The notes beneath the pieces were generated by a model. That model searched no databases, was not told the origin of the DNA, and worked only from the letters and a program-made list of their open reading frames with translations. Below, piece by piece: positions 39,610 to 52,405 of a stretch of DNA of 64,000 nt. Source of the stretch: Octopus vulgaris (lineage: Eukaryota); contig OX597825.1 of NCBI GenBank assembly GCA_951406725.2, forward strand, positions 7,378,001 through 7,442,000. Direction: 5' to 3'. Every line of letters begins with the position of its first letter. Positions within the stretch are counted from its first letter, which is position 1. Position numbers and translations under genes: made by a program.

Positions 39610-39870
39610 TGGAGTCGCAATGGCCCAGTGGTTAGGGCAGCAGACTCGCGGTCTTAGGATCGCGGTTTCAATTGTGAATGTTTGAGCGAAAACACCTAAA
39701 GCTCCACGACACTCCGGTAAGTGAACCCTGCTGTACTCTTTCACCAGAACTTTCTCTCCCTCTTTCTTCTTTTTCTGTTGTACCTGTATTTCAAAGGGCC
39801 AAGCCTTGTCACACTCTGTCGCACGCTGAAACTCCCCGAGAACTACGTTAAAGGTATACGTGTCTGTATA
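39610..39870 (+). mobile_element. SINE family C with alternative tail C2
   Basis: Head TGGCCCAGTGGTTAGGGCAGCAGACTCGCGGTC as in the 6574 copy, then tail shared with 7896-8052. Confidence 0.85.
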
Positions 39871-40119
39871 CGTAGTTCTCAGGGAGTTTCTTAATTTATT
39901 CTGCTAAACCTCCATAGCAATTCAATGTATATAAAAGCATTTTACTGCATTTTTGTAATTAAATATTATCAGGAAAATAAAGAGAGGCATTGTAGGAGTA
40001 TAAGTAATTTATTACGCACATATTTTAACAATGGAGGTGCCACCACCTCCACTATCACCACCACCATAATCGCCATTACCAAAAATAACTATAGCAAAAA
40101 TATGAACAATATTAACAAG

Positions 40120-40662
40120 TTAAATTTCGTCGAAGTCGACTTTGCCTTTCATCCTTTTGTGGTTGATAAATTAAGTACCAGTTGCATGCTGAGGTCGATC
40201 TAATCGACTGAGCCCTTGCCCCCAAATTTCGGGCCTTGTATCTAGGGTAGAATAGAATATAAGACGGCGAGCTGGCAGACACGTTAGCACGCCGGGCGAA
40301 ATGCTCAGCGGTATTTCGTCTGTCTTTATGTTCTGAGTTCAAATTCCGCCGAGGTCCACTTTGCCTTTCATCCTTTCGGGGTCGATTAAATAAGTACCAG
40401 TTACGCACTGGGGTTGATGTAATCGACTTAATCCGTTTGTCTGTCCTTGTTTGTCCTCTCTGTGTTTAGCCCCTTGTGGGCAGTAAAAAAATAGGTATTT
40501 TCGTCTGTCTTTATGTTCTGAGTTCAAATTCCGCCGAGGTCAACTTTGCCTTTCATCCTTTCGGGGACAATAAATTAAGTACCAGTTGCATACTGGGGTC
40601 GATCTAATCGACTGGAACCCCTCCCCCAAAATTTCGGGCCTTGTGTCTAGAGTAGAAGAGAA
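40120..40662 (+). mobile_element. SINE family A cluster: partial copy (40120-40258) plus dimer (40262-40662)
   Basis: Three core copies; junction AAATA|GGTATTTTCGTC at ~40493. Confidence 0.9.
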
Positions 40663-41291
40663 TATCAACAACAAATCTCAATTCTACCACCATTACTAAC
40701 AACGATGGGAACAGCAACAGTATTGCCAGCTTCACCATAACTACCACCACCACCTGTACTACTGGCACCGATACTAGCAGAAGTCACTGCACCTATTCCA
40801 ACAACAGCAACACTAACATTAACTACAACTACAACAACAACAACAATAACAACAGAGCAGGAAAGAAGCTGAAAATCAATTTGCGTATGTGTGAAAGTAA
40901 TAACCGTTGAAGCAGATTGGAAAGAATTGTGGAGAGTTTCTGAAGAAATATATATATATATACACCGGAGTAAATAATCATTTATAATCTTTTAAGACGA
41001 TAGAACACAGACACACGTGTCTGGAATTTCTTCACGTCGAAGACAAACAAGACAACTGTAAATGGTGTGGGTGTTTGAGTAAACAGTTTGGTGCTAATGT
41101 TGGTCTGAAGACAGCAGACAAATGATCCAAGGATATGGTAAATGGAGGAAGTGTAAAAGACTTGAGTAAAGGGTAATGGTGAGAGGAAAAAGCGGAGAGA
41201 GGAAACTAGCCAGCTACCTACAGTTACATGCATACATACATACATACATACATACATACATACATACATACATACATACATACATACATAA

Positions 41292-41329
<38 letters not shown>

Positions 41330-41332
41330 GTA

Positions 41333-41367
<35 letters not shown>

Positions 41368-41496
41368 CATGCATATGTATATGTATGCATACACAAATCT
41401 ATGCATACATATGCGTGTAGTATATAAATATATATATGCAGGTATTTATATATTTATAAATTCCATTCTAGAATTATTGTTAATATTATATGCAGG

Positions 41497-41530
<34 letters not shown>

Positions 41531-41601
41531 CGCACACATATATGCACGCGCGCACACACATGCACAAACACATATATATCTATATTATCTGTGTGTGTAT
41601 G

Positions 41602-41697
<96 letters not shown>

Positions 41698-42518
41698 TGC
41701 ATGTACATATATTAGAATGTGTTCGTTGAAACACGGACAAGAACCAGAATCTTTGTGACAGAACCCGCCGACGCTTATACAGGAAAGTTTTATGAAATCT
41801 ATTTACTTTGTTCAGACAAAGAAATCGCTTGTTTCGCTCATTGCGCTTCTGAAATCGCTTTGAGGCGCTCACCGGGATGGTGTCGCATCGCATCAAAATT
41901 ATATTTACACACACGTACGTACGTCCATCCATACATGAATATGCATACACACACACAAACATGTACGTATATGAGCACTTGTGAATGTATTTGCATACGC
42001 GTGAATTTAGAGACGTAAGTACGCAGTGTAGAACCATCCAGATGGTCTAAACCTGAAGCCAGTGGTAAGCAGCATGCTCGGTCCTAAAGTCATGGTAGAT
42101 TTAATATTCTAGAAGTGCGACATTGACTACGTAATAAAACATGGAGCAGAGACGAAGAACTCAATATATATATATATATATATGTTATACCTATCCAACC
42201 GGATGGGGCGAAACCTGGGGTGGAAGGCAGCTGCCAGTTGGCATTCCTCATCGTCCAGGTGGGTCGCAAATCTTTTGTCGATGCCTTCCAAAACTGCGTC
42301 GACCAAGGGGCTGCAGTAGACGGATTTGGGGTTAACGGACTCGATTTAACGGAAGCTAAATGTAACGGAAGTTACGGAATTAGTCCCAAAATGATTTTCA
42401 AAGTTAACTTAAAGGTTAAACCGTTAACGCAAATGTTAACTTCGTTAATTAATGATTAATGACTTACACCGAGCTGTGTGTGTGTATACATATACATATA
42501 TGTGTATATATATATATG

Positions 42519-42587
<69 letters not shown>

Positions 42588-43374
42588 ATATATATATGCA
42601 TGTATATATATATCCGTATTCATATATATACACATATACACAAGTATATACACGTGGGAACGCACATATAATCTAATTGATTATCGAGGCAGACGCACGT
42701 GGATTATTCCAGATTAACAACTTATAAACGTTTCTTTATTAAACTTCACAACCCTTCATCATCTTTACACCCCACGTTTAAAACCCAATTTAAGTCTACC
42801 AAATAATTTAATCCGTTTTAATATTACTTCATAAAAATAATTACCCTTCTGTAAACGCTTCCAAATTCTTTCAAATAAATTAACGACCTGTTCTCATATT
42901 TCTTCTAAGTCGAACCTACTTTTAATACTTTTCATATATCTTTCCATTTAACTGGTCGCCATATTTTATTTCTATTTTATGTTAAATCCATTGTCTTCAT
43001 AGCATGTAATAATATATATTTCTAGCTTGTATCTCAATGCAAACTTTCTTTTTTTAATTTGAGGCCTAATTAATGTACTCTTTGAGTAAACAATTTCATT
43101 AGTTCAACATTCCATAAATTGTTTACTAATCCCTTTTAGTTTCAAACGGAAACATTATCAATATGACTAAAACACCTAACAATCGTTACTATTTTAAAAT
43201 ACTCATGTTTAATACTTTTTCGTACTCGATACCCAAATGCCAAGATTCTTTGAACGAAAACAATGAGGAACAATGCAATCTTAACAAATACATTGAGTTC
43301 AAATCGTTTTTAATAGGTATTTACACACACATATACAAATATACTCACATGCATATTTATACACATACACATAT

Positions 43375-43778
43375 TCTTTTACTCTTTTACTTCTTTCAGT
43401 CATGTGACTGTGGCCATGCTGGAGCACCGCCTTTAGTCGAGCAAATCAACCCCAGGACTTATTCTTTGTAAGCCTAGTACTTATTCTATCGGTCTCTTTA
43501 GCCGAACCGCTAAGTTACGGGTACGTAAACACACCAGCATCGGTTGTCAAGCGATGTTAGGGGGGACAAACACAGACACAAAAGCAAATACATATACTTA
43601 CATATATATACATATATACGACGGGCATCTTTCAGTTTCCGTCTACCAAATCAATTCAAGGCTTTGGTCGGCCCGAGGCTATATAGTAGCAGACACTAGC
43701 CCAATGTGCCACGCAGTGGGACTGAACCCGGAACCATGTGGTTCGTAAGCTACTTACCACACAGCCACTCCTACGCCT
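43375..43778 (-). mobile_element. SINE family B, near full-length
   Basis: Colinear with the other B copies. Confidence 0.93.
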
Positions 43779-43815
43779 GTATATATATATTGCATATATT
43801 TTTTTGTATTATACA

Positions 43816-43873
<58 letters not shown>

Positions 43874-44820
43874 CATATAGTTTTTTCACTAACCATGTTT
43901 TGTAATGAACAGTGTTCTTTAAGATTAATTTGATAACCCATCTAAGTCTTTATGCGTCGTTTTACCAAGAACCGCAATCTTTTTGTACAGATCAAGCAGT
44001 TAAGTTCGTACTTTTATATTTTTCTCGTAAGCAAAATTAATTCACCGTTCTCAAATATTTATAGTCTATAATTAACCCCCCTCTCGCTTTACCCCCTCCG
44101 TCAATATAAACGCTTCTGGTAGAAGAAGCTTTTTTATTTATCTATTTATACATGATCTTCTTTTTATTCAAAACACACAACTTGTTCTTCATCCTAATTC
44201 TACTCTACTTAAAATATGCTCAACCACGGCAAAACACTGTTTAACTTAATAATACTGCTGTTTAATCTATAAACATTACTCGAAATAACAACTGTCACTT
44301 TACGTACATGCATGTTATTGATGTGACACCATCTTGTATAAATATAAAATGGCTGTTTTTTCTTTCTTTTAACGTGCACGTTTTATGTTTATTGATCTAC
44401 ACACCTTACCAAATATTGCTTCTGCATGCATGAATACGAAGAGGCTCTCTTATATCTAATACATTCATCTACAGTCTCTCTCTCTCTTTTTTTTTTATCT
44501 TAGAAAGGTGTTATGTATGTACGGTTACACGAGTACATTTCTCTCCAAGCATATTTCCTAATGAAATACCTCCTCTGAAGTTAGAAACGTTGTGTTTCTC
44601 ACGGGAGATGTCTACTCCAGTTAATTTTTACACACTATCTATCGAATATCGCTTTCTGCTGTTGTTGTTTTTTTCTGATTCATAATAATTTTTAGGCAAA
44701 ATGAAACCGCTTTCCTATTTGTAAAACATAAAATTACATTTTAAAGTATATTCGTTTTTTTACACCTCTAGATGAAAGCGTTCAAATATATTTTGATTAA
44801 AAGAAGATATTATTGGTGTA

Positions 44821-45147
44821 GGGCGCAGGCGTTTCAGTGTGGTGAGAAGTTTGCTTCCCAACCACATAAGTCTGGGTTCAGTCCCACTGCGTGGAACCTT
44901 AGGCAAGTGTCTTCTACAATAGCCACGGGTCGACTAAAACCTTGTGATTGGATATGGTAGATGGAAACTGAAAGAAACCCGTCGTATACACACACACACA
45001 TACACACACACACACAGACATATATATACGATGGGGTTTTTTGAAGGGTCTTTTCTCTGTGTTTATTTGTCTTGTTCTCCATTTGTTCTCGTTGTTTACG
45101 TATTTCATGTTATTTGCATCGTTGGTGATGTCCTGTACCCATATATG

Positions 45148-45199
<52 letters not shown>

Positions 45200-45410
45200 A
45201 TATGTGCGTGTGCCTTTGTGTCTATGCTTGTTTCCTACCCCCGTTTGTCAACCGGTGTTGGTGTGTTTATGTCCCCGCAACGTAGCAGTTTGGTGAAAGA
45301 AACGATAGTGAAACCACCAGGCTGAAAAAGATATATAAGTACTGTTGGTGGTGGTGGTGGAGGTCGGTCGATAAGTTTGACTAAAAATTCTTCAACGCCG
45401 CACCTCAGCA
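44821..45410 (+). mobile_element. SINE family B with a foreign insert (~45030-45145) in its internal microsatellite
   Basis: Head and core 44821-44985; 3' half resumes ~45205. Confidence 0.82.
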
Positions 45411-45766
45411 TATTTGCAGTCGATTGACTGAATCAGGTAAAAGCTTTAAAAGTAGACACGTGTTAGTGTACAACTGAATACAAAGACAACGGTTTATGGT
45501 AGCCAGAGAAAATTGTTTGCTTTTAGCTATAACTTCATCATCTACAGACTTTGGTGCCCTCAATGCTATTTCGTAAGATTTCCATGATAAGAATTCCAAC
45601 GCATGCGCGGACCGTTCTCTCGATATTTCTATGCTCTCTACCTTGTACCCAATCTCTCACGTTCACCTTTCTCACACTCTCTCCTCGTCTCTCTATCCCT
45701 TTATACCTCTTTGTTTCTCACCTTCGTATTCTTTTCTTCTACCACACTCCACTTTTTCTCTCCTTT

Positions 45767-45804
45767 TTTTTCTGATGAAGGACTCTATATCCAAAACATC
45801 AAAG
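45767..45804 (+). ncRNA. Decayed hammerhead motif in a Penelope-like terminal fragment (~45600-45900)
   Basis: TTTT-CTGATGA-A-GGA-CTCTATA-TCC-AAAACATC-AAAG, consistent with CGAAACGTC after two CpG transitions. Confidence 0.5.
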
Positions 45805-45976
45805 CCCTTTTTCGTTTCTTTTTCTTTTCAAGCACGAAATAAAATAATACTTCTGTGAAAACTTGTCCCTTTTGCTGTGTGCTTTTATATTTATTTGTGC
45901 GTGAGTGAGTGTTTATATGTATACAATACATTTCCATACATATTTATATACACAAACATATACACAATCACCCTAT

Positions 45977-46243
<267 letters not shown>

Positions 46244-46944
46244 TCACGCTTAATCTAAGCGTTTTTCATTGACGAAATTTTGCAATTTTTCTTTTAACGT
46301 ATAAAATTATTCCGCTATTTATATACATTATCAATATGTAAATAAGGTGTATAGCTAATACATTTAGATTAGAATATTAAAGTTATGTAGACACTATTAT
46401 TTTTTATACACAAAAAGTAACTTTTCAATTAAATAATCTAACTTTTATGAATCTATAACTTACATTTTAAAAATGTTTGGACATTATACCAAAATAGCCG
46501 AACCTTACATTTGTAATAGAAATGTTTCTCGGTTTGTTTTCTTTAATAATATTGGTTACTAAAAAACACTATTATTTTCAAATTGCTGTAATAATCTCAT
46601 AAACTAATTTCATATAAAGTTAGAATAATTTCTATAATTTCATATAGAGGAAAATTTCTCCACAGACTAACAAAATGTTCTTCCATAGTTGATCCATTCT
46701 ATTATTTCTCTTCATTCTTCTCCGACCATTATTTGTCAATTATTCTTAGACTAGTTCTATTGATTCGTTCTTTATTATTTTAGTCTGTAAATCTTCTTCC
46801 ACCATTGCATAGTCCCAGCTTCTCTCTCTCAGAAAAATATCTAGTCTCACACGACAGTGTAAAAAGTGGCACTAGGTGAAATTTCAAAGCATCAATATCA
46901 GTCGCCGCATGAAAATTAAAATTTTGTGGAGGGAGTTAAATATG

Positions 46945-46989
<45 letters not shown>

Positions 46990-46991
<2 letters not shown>

Positions 46992-47335
46992 TCTTTTACT
47001 TGTTTCAGTCATTTGACTGCGGCTATACTGGACTTATGCTTTGTAAGCCTAGTACTTATTATATCTGTCTCTTTTTGCCGAACCGCTAAGTTACGGGGAC
47101 GTAAACACACCAGCATCGGTTGTCAAGCGATGTTGGGGGACAAATACAGACACACAAACACATATATATACATACACATATATACGACGGGCTTCTTTCA
47201 GTTTCCGTCTACCAAATCCACTCACTACGAGGCTATAGTAGAAGACACTTACCCAAAGTTTCACGCAGTGGGACTGAACCCGGAGCCATGTGGTTGGTAA
47301 GCAAGTTACTTACCATACAGCCACACCTGCTCCTA
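46990..47335 (-). mobile_element. SINE family B with internal deletions
   Basis: Colinear with the other B copies. Confidence 0.9.
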
Positions 47336-47885
47336 TATATATATATATTTATATATATATGCAAAGGTGTGTTGTAAGTCCAAAATGTTGCCTTTTCAGA
47401 AAACGAAAAAGTAGTTTCACCAAGCCATTGCAAAACCGTTGTACTACACTTTGGCAACTTTTGACGTTTGGCATCTAAAGCAGCTGGATATACGATAGTT
47501 TAAGATAATACCAGATAATATAGATAATATATACAACCTTCTCTGCACTGGATCTTGAGCCTACAGTGGACAGTGGAATACGTGCCGGAGTATACTCCTG
47601 TGTGACTTTACGCATACGTTGTGTATTTGGCCATTACTTGAGAATGCATGCGTAACTGGAAGAACAAATCCTTATTTACTTTAGTAAAGTATTTGAGTGT
47701 CCATAGACATTGTTAATGCACAGATACGTTACCCTCGACTCTGCCTTGGTACCTTTATTATTTAAATACCTTGATTCTTTTGGATAATGAAAACTATATA
47801 TATATATAGTGCATTAACAGTGTGTATGGGCATATATACATACATACACGCATACATAGATACATGCATGCATACATACATACAT

Positions 47886-47969
<84 letters not shown>

Positions 47970-48190
47970 GTATGTATGTACACACACAAATACACACACA
48001 TAAACAAAGTGGCATTAATAAGGGATTAATAATAAAATGAACCAGGCAAACAAAAATATCCTGTGATAGGTATTGTGCCCTAAGTAATCTGAAATTAAAC
48101 CCGTCACTAGTCAAATTTGCGAATTCATGGTTCCTTTACAAAGTTAAGATGGTTTGTTGTTCGATAGTGAAGGAGAAAAGGGAGAGAGAG

Positions 48191-48477
48191 ATATACATTT
48201 ATTTCATAGAGGCTTACAGCACTTTCAGATATGCATTTGTGTAGGTTTGTGGTTCAATCTTATCAATCGATCGATCGAATGAAAATGTAAGGAACCGCTA
48301 CCCTAAGATATCTTTTACAGAGCCGCTATAAAGTGCAATGACAACGATATCTTAAGGTGTTCGTTCCCTATATTTTCAGATGTTGAATCGATTGATTGAT
48401 AAGCTTGAACCAAGAACTTATCTAAACGCATATCTGAAATACTCAAAGCTTTAAGCGTATAATAAATAAATGTATAT
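48191..48477. mobile_element. Foldback/MITE-like long inverted repeat (~125-bp arms)
   Basis: ATATACATTTATT...TTTCAGATATGC...TGGTTCAA.CTTATCAATC...TAAGATATC is mirrored by GATATCTTA...GATTGATAAG.TTGAACCA...GCATATCTGAAA...AATAAATGTATAT. Confidence 0.85.
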
Positions 48478-48509
48478 AGTCCGATATTTCTGCTGTTTTA
48501 TATATATAT

Positions 48510-48903
48510 AAATCCTTAAATCCTTAAAAATGTTTTAGCCCGAAGGCCGCGGCCATGCTGGGGCACCACCGCTGAATGAGCTACACTAGTTTGTGAATCC
48601 ACCTCTGATACGTGGCACTTGATCAACAAGGGAGTTCGATGCTGCTGCCCGCATCCGTGTCTCCTGTCGTGAGGTAGGTTCATCTGGGACTCCCAACAAG
48701 AAGAGATCCAGTTTAGTTTTAAAGAAACCCACATCCACACCATGTAAGTCTCTCAGGCATTTAGGGAGGATGTTAAAGAGCTGTGGTCCTCTGAAACCCA
48801 AGCTGTTGCAGTATCTGGACCTGTATTTTGATGGTGATGTTGGAATCCTTGGCACCACGCAGCGGCGCCCCGTTCTGCGGTTGGAGTAACTTTGAATGCC
48901 AAA
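48510..48903 (-). mobile_element. CR1-like LINE 3' end (ORF2 C-terminus, short 3'UTR, (TTTAAGGA)n tail)
   Basis: ORF 48586-48858: NSLGFRGPQLFNILPKCLRDLHGVDVGFFKTKLDLFLLGVPDEP...RAAASNSLVDQ, typical of the invertebrate CR1-group ORF2 end. Confidence 0.85.
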
Positions 48904-49131
48904 TATATATATATAAAACTTAGATAAAACTTAGATATGTTTCGACCAGAGATTGGTCCAGGCCATGTCTAACTTAATAGCACCACCATATATATATACA
49001 TTTGTACATATATATATACATATGTGGATATTTATATTATTTAATGTACACAATATACAGTTATTAAATACTAGAAGTTTCATACATTGGAGGTGCTATC
49101 TAGGCAGGTTTTAACACACCTTCTATCTCAA

Positions 49132-49139
<8 letters not shown>

Positions 49140-49202
<63 letters not shown>

Positions 49203-49242
49203 TGTATACCTATATATAAGATAATATATATATATATATATA

Positions 49243-49332
<90 letters not shown>

Positions 49333-49404
49333 GTATATATATATATATATGTGTGTATGTATATATATACGAATGTATATATATAAATATATATATATAT
49401 ATGA

Positions 49405-49459
<55 letters not shown>

Positions 49460-49700
49460 TATGTATACGTATATATATATATATTTATATATATATATAT
49501 GAATGTATATACATATATACTTATATATATATATATGTGGATATATGAATGCATATATATATATGGATATAGGAATGTATACATATATTTACTTATATAT
49601 AAATATATACACACACACACACACACACACATACACACACACACACACACATACACACACACACACACACATATATATACATGTATGTATACATATTGAT
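49140..49700. repeat. Compound (CT)n/(TA)n/(CA)n microsatellite
   Basis: Direct reading. Confidence 0.95.
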
Positions 49701-50313
49701 GGATGGATATATAAGTAGTTTTGCTGTGGAATGAACCTCAAGGGAAAAAAACCTAGAAATGTCGGAACCACAGTTAAAGTATCAAGTTTTTAAGCTGTTC
49801 ATGTTGTGTTGGTTGTATTAAATAATTTCTTAACAGTTGTCAAGTTAATATTAAACGCGGTACAACCATATTATTCCCATCACCACAGCTATCTCATTCG
49901 ATTCGTTATTAAAATAATATATTTGATTGCATACGTTTTTAAAGAGAAACCATAAGGCAGAAAAAAAGATGATATTTTTGACACATATTTAACAAAAATT
50001 TATTCGAAAACGACTCGAGTGTAAAATTGTAAAAATTTCATAAATTTACCTACTCGAATCCGTGAGTAGGTACGTTTAATATTGTTTGGCTATTTTATAT
50101 TTTATTTGCTTTTTTTTCTTCTTTTTATTTTTTTTTACTCGCTAAACTGGCGATTTTAATGGATGGTTTCATTAATTTTTTCACTTGTTTCTTTTGCCGT
50201 TTTAATGAAACGTTTCGTTAATTAATGATTAGAAAAATGTAATAAATCTTAATATTGTTTAACTGAGAGCACATTCGACATTTGTGACTAAAGTCTGGAA
50301 AATGGGCATCGTC

Positions 50314-50408
<95 letters not shown>

Positions 50409-50516
50409 CTTTCTTTTTTTTCTCTTTTGTTTTTTGTTTTTTCATCCCCCAAATGAAAAGCTCTACCTTGTAACTTGTCCCATCTGTGTGCAGTCCTGTG
50501 TGGCCAATAAAGAAAC

Positions 50517-50587
<71 letters not shown>

Positions 50588-50706
50588 CCTACCTATCTAC
50601 CTACCTATCTACCTACCAACCAACCTATCTATCTACCTACCTATCTACCTACTTACCTATCTATTTACCTACCTATCAGTCGGGTAGTAATTTTCCCTAG
50701 TGTCAC

Positions 50707-50757
<51 letters not shown>

Positions 50758-50860
50758 CCTATCTATCTACCTACTTACCTATCTACCTATCTTTCTACCT
50801 GCCTATCTTTCTACCTACGTATCTATCTACCTACCTATCTATCTATTTTTATCTACCTCA
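50314..50860. repeat. (CTAT)n/(CTAC)n tetranucleotide tract with a ~110-bp retroposon 3' tail inserted at 50409-50517
   Basis: Insert ends CTGTGTGCAGTCCTGTGTGGCCAATAAAGAAA and is flanked by CTAT repeats. Confidence 0.85.
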
Positions 50861-51003
50861 GTCTATATCTGACATTTACACACACATATGCTCACACATA
50901 TACACATACTACAATATATGGTGAGTGTATGTATAGGCGTCTCAGCTGGCGTGTCTGAATATAAGTAGGAACGGTTTTTCTCTCTCTCTCTCTCTCTCTC
51001 TTT

Positions 51004-51041
<38 letters not shown>

Positions 51042-51589
51042 GAGAGCAACTGATTTTATGTAGATTAATTAGTATTGCCGATGAGCGGAAACGTTATCGC
51101 ACGCAAAGAGCAAAATGATACTGCATGTGCAAAAGCCTTCTTCTAATTACAAATATTGACTGTTAACCATTTCTAACCAATCGGCAAAATAAAGAAAGAA
51201 GATATACAAGTATTAAGGTGCGAATAAATTAATGTTCACAAGGGATTTCATTTCAAACAATATATTTTCTACAAGAGACGTCGTACCAGTTCGAAGAAGG
51301 TTCCAGTCTTAAATATAGCCTTCACGCCAGCCAGAATCACAAATAGTTGCACTTATTTCAAAAGAAAGATATTCTACCGTTACCCAATGATTAACGCAGG
51401 GATAATGCCAATGTGAAGTGAAGTAATTTTCCTTCGCTTGCTGTCTTAGCTCCCTTTACAAACAGGAGATTCACAGCTATGACACGGTAATAGATTTCGC
51501 CGACCAAGGTTGAACTATGGTGAAACAACAGTAATATTGATCGCTATAGAAGACTGCCTTAACGCCTCAAAATATCTCTCAAGCGAGTT

Positions 51590-51838
51590 AATTTGAAGAG
51601 ATGCTCCATACATTTGCAGTGTGTGAATTTATTATTCTTTAACAAGAATTGTATTGAGCGTGACTTCGAAGTTTGGGCCAGCTAAGCCATCTGACGATTT
51701 AATTTGAAGACATACTCCATACAGTTGCAGAGTGTGAATTTATTATTCTTTAACAAGAATAGCATTGAGAGTGACTTCGAAGTTTGGGCCAGCTAAGCCT
51801 TCATCTGACGATAATTTATCTGGCCGAAACTTCGAAAT
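51590..51838. repeat. ~111-bp tandem duplication ending in a palindromic hammerhead-like inverted repeat (51773-51838)
   Basis: TAATTTGAAGA...CTGACGAT occurs twice; TTCGAAGTTTGGGCCAG is inverted to CTGGCCGAAACTTCGAA. Confidence 0.8.
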
Positions 51839-52231
51839 ATCTGTGTAAAAAGCTCTTGAGGTTGATCAGACCAGAAAGCTATCAATGAAATTAAAAACCT
51901 AATATATATATATATTATACTTTACAGCAATTTTCGTATTCCTTCCCTGCCTGGTACAGTGTGGTCACTACTGAAACAAACTCAACTAAATCTTATTTAA
52001 CTCTTTACCTTATTACTTTGATATACAAATGTCTTCATATACATTTTGACATTTGCCTGAGTTTATATTTATTGTTATGTGTAACTGTCTCTGTTATAAA
52101 TATTTCCAGACATACATACGCCATTCTCACGACCACATAACATCACACACGCAAAACACGTAATGCGTTATACACACTCATGTATATATATATATATATA
52201 TATATGTGTATATACATATATATAGATATAT

Positions 52232-52265
<34 letters not shown>

Positions 52266-52267
<2 letters not shown>

Positions 52268-52405
52268 GTCGACTTTGCCTTTCATCCTTTCGGGGTCGAT
52301 AAATAAAGTACCAGTTACGCACTGGGGTCGATGTAATCGACTTAATCCCTTTGTCTGTCCTTGTTTGTCCCCTCTGTCTTTAGCCCCTTGTGGGTAGTAA
52401 AGAAA
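52266..52405 (+). mobile_element. SINE family A 3' part (core plus tail 1) inside (TA)n
   Basis: GGTCGACTTTGCCTTTCATCC...GTAAAGAAAT. Confidence 0.9.
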
